Source: Octopus vulgaris (lineage: Eukaryota). Taken from it: a stretch of DNA of 64,000 nt. The notes under the pieces are model-generated. The model did no database searches, had not been told where the DNA came from, and saw nothing but the letters and a program-made list of their open reading frames with translations. The translations under genes were made by a program, and so were the position numbers. Shown one piece after another: positions 47,047 through 60,549 of the stretch (within the stretch, counting starts at the first letter, position 1; each line of letters starts with the position of its first letter). The stretch is taken from contig OX597832.1 in NCBI GenBank assembly GCA_951406725.2, forward strand, positions 39,990,001-40,054,000. Direction: 5' to 3'.

Positions 47047-49233
47047 ACACTTATATTTCAAATTTACTAGAAGACAAAAGACGAAGACTGGTGAAAGAAA
47101 ACAAGCAGGTGTATCAATTTAAAGCTTGTGAAGAATGGAAAAGTCTTTGGTGTTTCCAGCCTGTGCTCTTCAGCAGAAAGGATGAGAGGAAAAAAATAGA
47201 GAACAAAAAAAGGAGATGTACATACTTACATACATACATACTGTTATGTACCTCTGGTCTCCATCATTCTCACTCTACATCTCTATCCCACAAACTTTCA
47301 ATATGCACATCACCCTCCCTACAATTTCTGATCTATCTTCCTTCCTGAACCACCTCTATCTTTTACACTCCCTCCTCCTTCCATATTGATATTTACCATC
47401 AATCACACTTCTACTCTTGTTCATCACTCACTACATTTACCCTCTACCCCATCCCTAATCATCTGTCACTCTCTTTTCCCAGTCTTACAAAATTAACCAT
47501 CCTCTCTTTCCCCTTGATCCACTGCTTATATTCTCTCTTATACTCACTTCCTTGTATTTTGAGAGTATGAGTAAAAAATATTAGGGTGTGCCAGAACGTC
47601 CTTCAGAGCCAGATTTAACAACCACAATTGTTCTTTTGATATCCAGAAGAGGCAAAATGCCACAGCTCTAGCTAGACATATATGGTTGCTGAAAAAACCC
47701 CCACACTGGATTACAGCATGAAGTGGAGAGTACTGCAGAGATGCAAACCTTATTTCAATGGTAGTAGGAACTGCATGCTATGCTTTGCAGGGAAAAGAAT
47801 TATGTTAAAGAAGTATCCACCTGGATACCTATCTAAACTGTAAAAGGTTAATTTTTTCAATTTTCAATTCTACCCACATGAAAGGTAATATGTGATTGGA
47901 TACCGGTAAACTGTACTATAAATATAAACATTAGAACTTCCATGATTAGTACTTCCCATTGACATAGTCTGAGGATTCAGCATGAGTTTTGCTACGTCCA
48001 ACTTTTTACATACAAACACACACATACAGGAGTGGCTGTGTGGTAAGTAGCTTGCTAACCAACCACATGGTTCAGGGTTCAGTCCCACTGCGTGGCATCT
48101 TGGACAAGTGTCTTCTGCTATAGCCCTGGGCTGACCAATGCCTTGTGGGTGGATTTGGTAGACGGAAACTGAAAGAAGCCTGTCATATATATGTATATAT
48201 ATATGTTTGTGTGTCTGTGTTTGTCCCCCTAGCATTGCTTGACAACTGATGCTGGTGTGTTTATGTCCCCGTCACTTAGCAGTTCGGCAAAAGAGACCGA
48301 TAGAATAAGTACTCGGCTTACAAAGAATAAGTCCCGGGGTCGATTTGCTCGACTAAAAGGTGGTGCTCCAGCATGGCCGCAGTCACATGACTGAAACAAG
48401 TAAAAGAGAGAAAAGAGAGATACATATACGCATACATGTCCACACAGTTTTAAAATTGACCAACCAACTCATCCCTACTTTCTGTCCTGCTCTCCTGCAC
48501 ATACATCGACCCATATAATACTTGCACCCAAGTGGTATGGGGGTGGGGATTGATGTGTGTGTGCAGGCAGTTACCCCTTACACCATGTAGACACTCTGAT
48601 CCTTGTCTAAGGGACTTAACTCTAGATGAATTTCCTATACTCTTTACGCTTTTACTTGTTTCAGTCATTTGACTGTGGCCATGCTGGAGCACCAACTTTT
48701 AGTCGAGCAAATCGACCCCTGGACTTATTCTTTGTAAGCCTAGTACTTATTCTATCGGTCTCTTTTGCTGAACCGCTAAGTTACGGGGACGTAAACACAA
48801 CAGCATCGTTTGTCAAGCGATGCTAGGGGGGACCAAACACAGACGCAAACACGCACACACACACACACATATATATGACGGGCTTCTTTTCAGTTTCCGT
48901 CTACCAAATCCACTCACAAGGCTTTGGTCGGCCTGAGGCTAGAGTAGAAGACACTTGCCCAAGGTGCCACGCAGTGGGACTGAACCCGGAACCATGTGGT
49001 TGGTAAGCAAGCTTCTTACCACACAGCCACTCCTACGCCTATGTGAACTTTTTCAATTTTTTTTTGGGGGGGGGGGGTATAGTTTTTTTTTTTTCACAAC
49101 TGGATGTGACACTTTGCACGAACACACAACTTTGAGCAGCAGCATCACAACATTTCTTACAACAGAAACAGCTGGAAACTAATGAACGTGATTGTATAAC
49201 TCCTGTTCTTTTATCGCTCATTAATTGATATTT

Positions 49234-49315
<82 letters not shown>

Positions 49316-49714
49316 TTTTCAATCAATGTGTTAATGCGGGTGATTTATTCAAGACAACTGAACAACATGTAGGCTTTCTCGCATTATAAATAGTTTTATA
49401 CATTTAAAGTTTTTTTAGTTAGTTCTTGAAACCAATAGTTCTTTTGTAACAAACCCAATTCCATTAAATTGAATTACCAAACATCAATACGAGAGAATAT
49501 TGATATAATTTCATTTCAGTTACACAATATGGCCGTTATCTGATATTAGTCTGTATACCATATTTTTGCCTTTGGGGGAGGTGGCATAAACTTAAATGAT
49601 ATAGGATGGAGTGGAGTGGAGTCTTGGAGGGAGTTTGATCTGCAAATTCGCCCAGAAGGAACTGTTCTAGCTTGCGGCCAATAAAAAAAAAAAGATCGAA
49701 GAGCAATAATAATG

Positions 49715-49972
49715 AAGATGGTGGTGGTGGCGTTGGTGGTGGAGGGTTTGCTTGTGGTAGTGGTGGTGGTGGTGGTGGTGGTGGTGGTGGTGGTGGTGGT
49801 GGTGGTGGTGGTGACAGTGGTGATAATTGTGATGAAGACAGTAATAGTGGTGAAGAGGATGATGGTGATGATAATGAAATTGGTAATGATGATGATAATG
49901 ATGATGATGATGATAATAATAATAATAATAATGATAATAATAATGATAATAATAATAATGATAATAATAATA

Positions 49973-50004
<32 letters not shown>

Positions 50005-50031
50005 AATGATGATGATGATGATCACCACCAT

Positions 50032-50062
<31 letters not shown>

Positions 50063-50072
50063 AGCAGCAGTA
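49715..50072. repeat. Compound trinucleotide microsatellite (GGT)(GAT)(AAT)(CAT)(CAG)
   Basis: Direct inspection. Confidence 0.9.
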
Positions 50073-52312
50073 CCATGATACTATAGAATCATAAAGAATC
50101 AAAGTAATAATACAATAAAATGGTTGCCTTTTGTAAGGAACATATTGGTAGCTTTTGTAATATCCATGCTTTTCTCCAAAGAATTATAAATTCTGTGATG
50201 TTCATGTATTTCTCTAATTAGCAATTTTATCAATATGTGATGCAAGAATGGACATTCTGATGGGTTGTTGCCGTTTCAATGCCACATCATCCTGATCCAG
50301 TTGGTTTATTATCAGAGGCTTTCTCACCATGACCACACCACCTTTTTTTTCAATGTTCCTTGCCTGATTGCTTGTCAAAGATATTTGTGGTCACTCGTAA
50401 TTATGGTGGATGTGGATCGATTCCAGATTTTCAAAGAGAAATGGTGAGAGTGTACCCTAAGGGTATAAGGTGAATATGAGAGGGAGAGAGAGAGAGAGAA
50501 TGGAGATAGAGGAACAGAAAAGGTGTGGGGTGGGGTGTAAGTAAGTTTGCAACATTTTGAGAAGAAGAGAGTAACAGATGGTAAGGGTCAAGGTGAGGTT
50601 GGGGTTGAGGTTGAATTGCAGGGAATATCAGTTTGGAGGAAGAAAAGGGAAGGAAATAGGAGTTTGTCGGGGAAGAGGAAGAAGGGGTGATAAAATAGTA
50701 GTAGGAATACTATGTGAAGGGTACAGCACTCGAGGAGTAGAACTACGGTTTGAAGATTGATGGTGGGAATGGGTGTTGTATGTGTGTGTGTGTGTGTGCA
50801 TATGATTACTCTTTTACTTGTTTCAGTCTTTTGACTGCGGCCATGCTGGAGCACCGCCTTTAATCGAGCAACTCGACCCCAGGACTTATTCTTTTGTAAG
50901 CCCAGTACTTATTCTATCGGTCTCTTTTGCCGAACCGCTAAGTAACGGGGATGTAAACACACCAGCATCGGTTGTCAAGAAATGCTAGGGGAACAAAAAC
51001 AGACACGCATATATATATATACATATATACGACGGGCTTCTTTCAGTTTCCGTCTACCAAATCCACTCACAAGGCTTTGGTCGGCCCGAGGCTATAGTAG
51101 AAGACAAGGTGCCATGCAGTGGGACTGAACCCGGAACCATGTGGCTGGTAAACAAGCTACTTACCACACAGCCACTCCTGCGCCTATTGTATACATATGT
51201 AAATTATCTTTATTGTATTTGTGTAACATTGTCCGTTTCTTCCAAGGAATCTAATCCTCTTAGCTTAGTTTTTCCTTGGGGTTGGCCAGATTGGAGCATT
51301 CTCAAGTATAACCAGCTGAAATTGCAAAGATAATCTGGAACTCGACTGAGGAAAGAAAACTCTGAGTGACCCGTCCTTGTTTCCTTGTATTGTCTATCTG
51401 GATATGTATCAATCCACCTGGAGCAAAGTGTGGCTGAACTTGGGTTCTTGGGTAGAGAATACAGATTCTTAATTCGTACACTACAAATAGTTACAATATC
51501 TGGAACTATAAAAATCTGTAAGACCTAAAACTTGAAGGATGATGAACCAAACAAGATTCTTCCTTCTCAAATACTTTGTAACCAAACAGATGCCTGATCA
51601 AAATTTACACACACACACACACACAAACACACAGACACGCATGCACACACACACACACACACATACATGCAGCTGTGACCAAAAGTATGGAATTTTTGTA
51701 TTAAATGCCCAAAGTTATATTTCATTTGCAATATATTATTACTTGGCCAAAAGTTTGGAACATGGGCCTGAAATTTTCTTCTTCCAGATATTGAACCATT
51801 AGATCAGTTATTGGCTAAGTCTATTTCATCTCTACGTTGCACATATTTGAATTGAACTGTACATGGGTATTCTTTTACTTGTTTCAGGTCATTTGACTGT
51901 GGCCATGCTGGAGCACCGCCTTTAGTCGAGCAAATCGATCCCAGGACAGATTCTTTGTAAGCCTAGTACTTATTCTATCAGTCTCTTTTGCCGAACCACT
52001 AAGTTACGGGGACGTAAACACACCAGCATCGGTTGTCAAGCGATGTTGGGGGGACAAACACAGACACACAAACACACACACACACACACACACATATATA
52101 TGTATACATATATACGGCAGGCTTCTTTCAGTTTCTGTCAACTAAATCTACTCACAAGGATTTGGTCGGCCCAAGGTGCCACACCTGGAACCATGTTGTT
52201 GGGAAGCAAGCTACTTACCACACAGCCACTCCTGCGCCTATAATAATTTTAAAAAAAATACTCCAAACCTTTGGCCACAACTGTACACACACACTCACAC
52301 ACATATGTATGT

Positions 52313-52558
52313 CTTACAGAAAAGGATTTATTTAAATTTTTGCTGCACCCGTTACCATAAAGGACTTATTGTAAGTTCATACAAATGACAAACCATCACT
52401 TCCTTAGCAGTTGAAATTTAAATAAATATTAAAACTATATATTTTTCTTCAGTTTTAACATGTATTTAAATTTCAACTGCTCAGGAAGTGATGGCTCACA
52501 ATAAGTCCATTATAGAAAGCTGTGCAGTAAAAAGATTTAATAAGTCCTCTTCTGTGAT
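52313..52558. mobile_element. Foldback MITE-like inverted repeat
   Basis: CCATCACTTCCTTAGCAGTTGAAATTTAAATA / TATTTAAATTTCAACTGCTCAGGAAGTGATGG and outer GGACTTATTGT / ACAATAAGTCC pairs. Confidence 0.65.
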
Positions 52559-52988
52559 ATTTTATTCTATGAATTGCTTTCAATGTGAACAAATTAACCA
52601 AGCAACGAAAGAGCTTTTTCATAAGTTACATGTTTTTCATATTGAGTTCTAGTTAAGGTTACTTGTTTGTGTCTTATAAAACAACTTTTTCATCAAAATA
52701 GTACCATATACACACATACATTACACACGCACACACACACATATATCTTTTATTTTTTTTCTTTTACTTGTTTCAGTCATTTAGGTTGTGGCCATGCTGG
52801 GGCAGTGTTTTGAAAAGTTTTTGCCGAAGGAATTGACTCCATACTTCATTTTTTGGGTTTAGCCAGGTACGTATTCTACTGCCGTCTTTCACCAAACCAC
52901 TAAGTTACAAGGACGTAAACACACCAACACCGGTTGTCAAGTGCTAGAGGTGGACAAACACAGACATAAAGACACACACACATACACA

Positions 52989-53085
<97 letters not shown>

Positions 53086-53117
53086 CTGTAAATGTAATAT
53101 GTGACAATTATTTGGTA

Positions 53118-53187
53118 GCCAAGATAAAACTCCGAGTTTCGGATGCCGAGGTGGAAATTCACGCCACCATCTCTTCAGTTATCTGGC
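53118..53187 (-). ncRNA. Type I hammerhead ribozyme motif
   Basis: GCCAGAUAA-CUGAAGA-GAUGGUGG..CCAC..CAUC-C-GAAACU-CGG-AGUU-UUAUCUUGGC: intact core, stems I, II and III formable. Confidence 0.65.
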
Positions 53188-53209
53188 CATCGGAAAAACG
53201 CTATGAAAA

Positions 53210-54490
53210 ATCATGTAAGCTATGGACACATAAGAGGTGCAGCAATGTCAAAGGAAGGCTAACTAGGAAAATAGTTTTTGTCTGTGGCAGATGCTCAGGA
53301 GCAATAAACACTGGAAATGTGCAGAGACCAACTTCTACTACGTTCCAGGGAGACAAACTAGAAGTAGTTGATAGCTTCCGCTACCTAGGAGACCAAGTCA
53401 GTAGCGGGGGTGGGTGTGCTGAAAGTGTAACTGCTAGAGTAAGAATAGCCTGGGCAAAGTTTAGAGAGCTCTTACCCCTGCTGGTGACAAAAGGCCTCTC
53501 GCTCAGAGTAAAAGGCAGACTGTATGATGCATGTGTACGTACAGCCATGCTACATGGTAGTGAAACGTGGGCCATGACTGCTGAGGATATGCGTAAGCTC
53601 GCAAGAAATGAAGCCAGTATGCTTCGATGGATGTGTAATGTCAGTGTTCATAATCGTCAGAGTGTAAGTACCTTGAGAGAAAAGTTGGACCTAAGAAGCA
53701 TCAGATGTAGCATGCAAGAGAGATGACTGCACTGGTATGGTCATGTGACGAGAATGGCTGAAGATAGTTGTGTGCAAAAGTGCTACACCCTAGCAGTTGA
53801 GGGAACCTGTGGAAGAGGTAGACCCAGGAAAACCTGGGACGAGGTGGTGAAGCACGACCTTCGAACTTTAGGTCTCACCAAGGAAATGACCAGAGACCAA
53901 GACCTATGGAAGTATGCTGTGCGTGAGAAGACCCGGCAAGACTAGTCAGGCCATAACCTTTGGCCCCTACCTGGGACGTAGTCAGTCCACCTGTGCATAC
54001 CTTCCTTCTTGTGACACTTGTGAAGACCTGTTGAGGCAAGTGAAAATCAAATCAAACCAAATCAAAATAGATGAACATCAATGGAATTTGTATCTTTGTG
54101 GTACCAGTGCCGGTGGCACACAAGAAAACCATCCGAACGTGGCCGTAGCCAGTACCGCATCGACTGGCCTCCGTGCTGTGGGCACGTAACAAACACCATC
54201 CGATTGTGGCCGTTCGCCAGCCTCATCTGGCACCTGTGTCGGTGGCACATAAAAAACACCATCCGAGCGTGGCCGTCCGCCAGCCTCATCTGGCACCTGT
54301 GTCGGTGGCACATAAAATCACCCACTACACTCTCGGAGTGGTTGGCGTTAGGAAGGGCATCCAGCTGTAGAAACACTGCCAGATCTGACTGGCCTGGTGC
54401 AGCCTTCGGGCTCCCCAGACCCCAGTTGAACCGTCCAACCCATGCTAGCATGGAAAGCGGACGTTAAATGATGATGATGATGATGATGAT
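53210..54490 (+). mobile_element. 5'-truncated RTE-clade LINE (RT C-terminus, 3' UTR and (GAT)n tail)
   Basis: LEVVDSFRYLG...ARVRIAWAKFREL...KGRLYDACVRTAMLHGSETW...WYGHV...GRPRKTW, with one in-frame stop at 53724-53726. Confidence 0.92.
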
Positions 54491-56060
54491 GATATATACT
54501 GGCCGATGCCAGTACCACCTGACTGGGTCTTGTGCTGGTGGCATGTAAAAAGCACCCATGCTGGTACTGCATTAACGCACTCATGCTGGTGGTGTGTGAA
54601 TGCACCTATGGTGGTGGCATGTAAAAACCATCCAACTCACTCTGTTAAGTGGTTGGCATTAGGAAGGGCATCCAACCACAGAAACCATTCTACAACAGAT
54701 AATTGGAGTCCTGGGCAGCTCCTTGCTAACCAGTGCCAAGTCAAACCACCCAACCCATGCAAGTATGGAGAGCAGATGTTAAGTGATGATGATGATGATG
54801 CATAACACCAAGTCATACTTATTGCTGGTTTAGTCATGTGATGTGTATGGATGAGAAGAGCTTCATAAGAAGAGTCAGTTGCTTAAAGAGGATGTTGATT
54901 TGTGCAAGAGGGAGACCCAGAAAGATGTGGGACAAAGTAGTGGAGGTTGATCTCAAGATGTTGAGCTCCACTGAGCCTCATGATCATGGGTTCAATCCCT
55001 CTACATTGATCAAGTGTCTTCTACTATAGCCTCGGGCCAACCAAAGCCTTGGGAGTGGATTTGGTGTGTGCGTGTGTGTGTGTGTGCGTCTTTTTGTCTG
55101 TGTTTGTCCCTCACCATCGCTTGGTAACCAGTGTTAGTGTGTTTACATACTCGTAAGAGTTTGCAGTTTTACAAAAGATACTGATAGGCGAAGGAGTGGC
55201 TGTGTGGTAAATAGCTTGCTAAACAACCACATGGTTCCGGGTTCAGTCCCACTGCGTGGCACCTTGGGCAAGTGATTTCCAGGCTGACCAATGCCTTGTG
55301 AGTGGATTTGGTAGACGGAAACTGAAAGAAGCCTGTCGTATATATGTATATATATATATGTGTGTGCGTGTATGTTTGTGTGTCTGTGTTTGTCCCTCCT
55401 AGCATTGCTTGACAACCAATGCTGGTGTGTTTACGTCCCCGTCACTTAGCGGTTTGGCAAAAGAGACCGATAGAATAAGTACTGGGCTTACAAAGAATAA
55501 GTCCCGGGGTCGATTTGCTCAACTAAAGGCGGTGCTCCAGCATGGCCGCAGTCAAATGACTGAAACAAGTAAAAGAGTAAAAGAGAGAATAAGTACTAGG
55601 CTTTAAAAACAAAAAAATACTGAGGTCGATACATTCTACTAAACATTCTTTATGGTGGTGCCCCAGCATGGTCTCAGTCTAATTACCAAAATAAGCAAAA
55701 AAGTAGAAAAAAAATAGTATCTCGTAACCTTTAATGGCTGCCAGCACTTTGATAGTTTCTCTCACACTGATGTAGCTTTGCTCATTTGTTTAGATAATGG
55801 TATGCAGTTGACAGCCCTTATTTTATCAGAAGAAAACATATGTTCAAAGTATTTTTAAAAAAGCACTTCTTAAAAACAGAGCTAATTCAAAACATAATAA
55901 GATAATGAATAGGGCCTCATTAAATCTAGGAGCTCCAAACATGTGAAGATGCCTTAAAAACTTAAAAGAGCCTTGGTAGATTCTGAGGGACTCAGTCAAA
56001 TTTAATTACTTTTTAAATCTAAAAGACCCAATAAATCAAAAGCAGGCTCAATAATTTAAA

Positions 56061-56280
56061 CCCTTTTGTTACCAACCCGGCTGAAACCAGTTCTGGCTCT
56101 GAGTACAAATGTCTTGTTTTCATAAGTTTTGAATTAAAATCTTCCACCAAACCTTAGTCACAATTTATGTTCCTAACACTAGCTGAATGATAACTAAGTT
56201 ATTTTACTAAATTCTTTGTTATATTTAAAGTAATTGAAAGAAACACAGAGCATCTCAAAATAAATACAGTAACGAAAGGG
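56061..56280. mobile_element. piggyBac-type MITE, second family
   Basis: CCCTTTTGTTAC ... GTAACGAAAGGG|TTAA; left flank TAAA. Confidence 0.7.
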
Positions 56281-57737
56281 TTAAACGAACTCTACTGGAT
56301 TAGAAAAAAATGTTAACTAGTAAAAGAAATTACAAATTTTTTATTTGATTACTGTAAATGTATCTTTTATTTTTCAACTCCAAGCTTGAGGCTTTTCTGA
56401 GTTAAAAGACCGCTAGGTCATGGCCCAGACATAAATCCAACCTTGGATATACAACTAATATCTAATATATAGTATGCCTTGTATATTTTGTATATAATAT
56501 ATAGGATGGTATACTAGATGTAATAACATATATATTATATCTAGTATATTATATCTAGTTTATAACACATTGTTTTCAGTAAATGTGATATATGAAATAT
56601 AGTAGATATATCTTTCATAAAGTCTATCATTCATCCAAACGCTCATCTAATTATCAGGGTATGCAGGAAACCGTCTCACTGTCCATGCACCCGTCTATCC
56701 AGTTATCTATCCAACCAACCATTGTTCAGTCCATTGAACCATCCATCCATCCATCCATCCAACCATTCATTCATTTATCCATCCATTCGTTCAACCGTTC
56801 TTTCATCAATCCATCCAATTATACACCCGTTCATCAGTCCATTCATCCATACATCCGTTATTCAATCTGTCTGTCCACAGCTCTGTATCAGTCAGAAAAA
56901 AAAAAAAAAAACCCAACTAAATGATTGATTATGTTCCAAATCCAGAAATAATATTCTGTAAGAAAGTTTAACTTTTCTGTGAACCATTCTTATCTGAAGA
57001 AACACGACATATGACATTTGTGTGATTGTAATCTCTTACTTTCAACATTGTTCAGCCTTCCTTATTTCCTTATAAACCAATACCGATTTGTTCTGGAATG
57101 TTCTTTTGCTTTTGAAATGAAGGATTGGTGGAATTATTCTTGTACTGGCACGATGTTTACATTAAATCTCATTGCATTTTAAAGTTTTCCACATTTAGAT
57201 GTCTCTGGTTCTATTCTTTGACAAAATCACACACCACCTTCAGTGCACATGTGTGTGTGTGTGAGTATATGTACCGTATATTTATAAACTTGTCGGTTTG
57301 TTGTTGTTGTTGTTGTTGATGATGACGATGACAATGACGATGATGGTGGTGGTGGTGGTGAGGACGAGGAGGAGGAGGAGGACAACAATGATCATGGAGC
57401 TAGTGGCAATTATGAAGATGATGGTGATGCCGCTATCAATGGTAATGATTAAGATGACAGCGATTAAGTAATTTTGAAGAATTTGTAAAAAAATAAAAAG
57501 TGATGTTTTAAATAAGGATTAAAAACTTGAAGATATATTGCTATTTGAGATTTTAGTGTAATTAATTCCGCATTGATTGATTGTTTGATGAGTCATCCAA
57601 CTAACATCAAACATTGTGAGCTAGTCTTTAGTTGTTATTTTGTTACTTGTAAAGTTAATGGAAGTAAGTTCAAGTTCAGCTTAAACACATAAATCTTTTA
57701 GGAAATGTATTTTTATTGATTTATAAATAAATCTATA

Positions 57738-58792
57738 AAGGGTGTCCCAAAAGTCATTGATGGACTTCAATTTTTAATACAAATAAATGCCTAAAACTTT
57801 GGTACAGCTTGTTGACATTGTTATGGCCAACCTTGCAGGCCTTACCCTCCACATGCATTCACATGATGTAGTTGAGGTGGCTGAGGTTGGGTAACTGCAG
57901 CAGCCAAAAGTCCTGCAATAAGAAGTTCATGCTCAACCCCAGCCACTCTTGGCCTTGGCTGTGTGGTCCAGGGCACCATCCTGTTGAGATGTACAGTCTG
58001 CCTTCTTCATGACCCTTCTCACCCAGGGTAGGACTTCTGTGGCCAGGATGTCCCTATAGTCAGCCACAGTGGGGCTGTGACTATCCACGAACCACATTGG
58101 CAGCATCTTCTCACCATTTGAAGCCACAATGTCAAGCATCCTCCTGGCGGTCAAGTATTTCATTGTGGACATGTAGTGGACCGTGGAGACATCCTGGCCA
58201 AAGCTGACCACGTGATCATTCTGCTTGTTGACAACTGGATCAACGGTTTTTTCATCAGATAAAATGAGAATTCAATTGCCATGACACTTCAAGTCATTGG
58301 GAAGGCAACAAAAGTGCTCCTGACATTGTTTTCACATACAGTTGGTGAGCAGAGGCCTTTTCACGCACCTCAAGCTTTTGCCACCCTCCCCCTTGATGGC
58401 CCTGGACACCATGGCCACCGAGATGTTGTTCTTTGCAAGTGCAATCATTTTGAGCTTCGGATTACTTTTGAAGGCCTTTCTCACGGCCAAACAGTTGACA
58501 ACTTGAAATCTACCTGATCAAGGTCGATCTTTGAGCTCTTTCCCGTTCTTGAGCCTCTCCGTGACTCTGTTGACAGTCATCTGGCTGACGTTAAGCTGCT
58601 TGGCAATGTCGGACTTGTCTTTCCGCTTCCATCGTGATACACCTGTACACAATGGAAAAGACGTTTTAATGACATGTGCTGGAAAAGTAGAACTTTAAGT
58701 ATGTTTGATGGCACTTTTTCTATCATCACACACTTGAACCTCTCAAAAGATCAAAAACTGAGAGTAACAGGACTTTCGTAAAGCCTGGTGTA
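57738..58792 (-). mobile_element. maT/DD37D-like Tc1/mariner transposon remnant
   Basis: Decayed ILSDEKT...VNKQNDH...VASNGEKM...YRDIL..VLPW...QQDGALDHTAK; terminus AGGGTGTCCCAAAAGTC. Confidence 0.75.
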
Positions 58793-59024
58793 TATATATA
58801 TATATATATATAGTACAAAGTAAGATAGGGGTAATTCTCTTGACCATAGGCTGAAACAGCTGTAAGGAACAGTTTATTTGTATTATTCTTATTTTATTAT
58901 TAATTTGCATATTGATGTATAGTTTTGTTCGATTTTCATGTTCCTATCTGTATAATTAATAAATAATATGAAATTGTAATATCCGTAAGTTGATGATCGA
59001 AATGAATTTGTTCCTCCATTTTCT

Positions 59025-59056
<32 letters not shown>

Positions 59057-59979
59057 TATATATATAGATATATCCAGCATAAACTCTTCCAAGTTCCTTT
59101 TCGCACTACTTCCTTCAGGTCTACCTGATAACTTCTTTCCAGACATCTTAAACTGAAGACAAATCCAAAATTATCCACCACAAATATGTAGTGGAAAAAT
59201 GGCCCAAGAAACATTTGCTTTCTGAGAGCAGAAAACTGTCTCATTCCTATTGATGCAGTAATGAAAATAAGATGAAAAGGAGGACAGAGGAAGAGAAAGC
59301 ACTATATTAGTTAGCTAAAGGGTCACCAGATTTTATGGGCAATTCGCCCCTTTGCCCTTATGACTTAAGACACAAATACATGCACAATCGCTCATACACA
59401 CACACAGACACGTGTTGGCGTACATGCTGATATCTGTTGTAGCCAGTTGAATTCAAAATCTGGTAGGCTGGTAGTGGTGATATATGAGTTTGCATTGGTT
59501 TAGATATTTGTGATGGAGGGCAGGTATTTTGTGGTGTGGTGGTCATATTATTCTTGCTTATTGTATTTTTGTGGTTGCTCAGTTTGAAGCCAATCCTCCA
59601 AAGACCTATGATCAAAGACATTTCATTCCACTTTTAAAACTCACTAAGATAGCACATTATATGTTTTTATTTGAAATGAATTTGCTTATCTTGTTGGTGT
59701 TGAGGGCAGAAACAGACACGCACCGCACGCATACATTCATATATATGTACGTACACGCACACACAAATATATATAGATATATATATACACACACATATTA
59801 TGTACATTATATATACATGTTTGTGCATGTATGTATGTAACCTGATGATTGTTTTCCAAATCGTTACTATAATCTTTCATCTTAACCAAAACGCAAGTGA
59901 CCCTTGAGCTAAGGAGAAAGCGTAGTTTTAAACAGCTAGCAATTTAAAACTACAAAATACGAGTTTCCGAGATTCCATA

Positions 59980-60314
59980 CGAGCCAAAGTAGATGTCGCA
60001 TCCCGAAATTAATGGTCATACTTCACATTTTCTGTAAGCACAAAATCCCGTAATTGGAGGTGGCCGTAACGCAGGGGATGCTATGTGAGTGACATATATT
60101 ACATACACACATATATATATATATATATACACACACATATATATACATACACACACATATATATATATATACATACACACACACATATATACACATACAC
60201 ACACACATATATATATACATACACATATATATATACACACACACATATATATACATACACACACACACACATATATATATACATACACACACACACACAT
60301 ATATATATATACAT

Positions 60315-60363
<49 letters not shown>

Positions 60364-60466
60364 AGCATCCCCTGCGTTACGGCCACCTCCAATTACGGGA
60401 TTTTGTGCTTACAGAAAATGTGAAGTATGACCATTAATTTCGGGATGCGATCTGTACTTTGGCTCG
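59980..60466. mobile_element. Tc1/mariner-type MITE with about 103-bp TIRs around a microsatellite core
   Basis: TA|CGAGCCAAAGTA...GCAGGGGATGCT and AGCATCCCCTGC...TACTTTGGCTCG|TA, near-perfect. Confidence 0.85.
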
Positions 60467-60549
60467 TATATATATACATTTTATATATATACACACATAT
60501 ATATATAGATAGGAGAGAGAGAGAGACATACACACATATACACAGACAC

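Noticed and set aside
49546-50094. Gly/Asp/Asn/His/Gln homopolymer ORF resembling a transcription-factor low-complexity region
   Set aside because: Compound microsatellite with no flanking domain or convincing splice sites.
52941-53726. 261-aa ORF as a host gene
   Set aside because: Read-through of SINE, microsatellite and a truncated RTE RT fragment.
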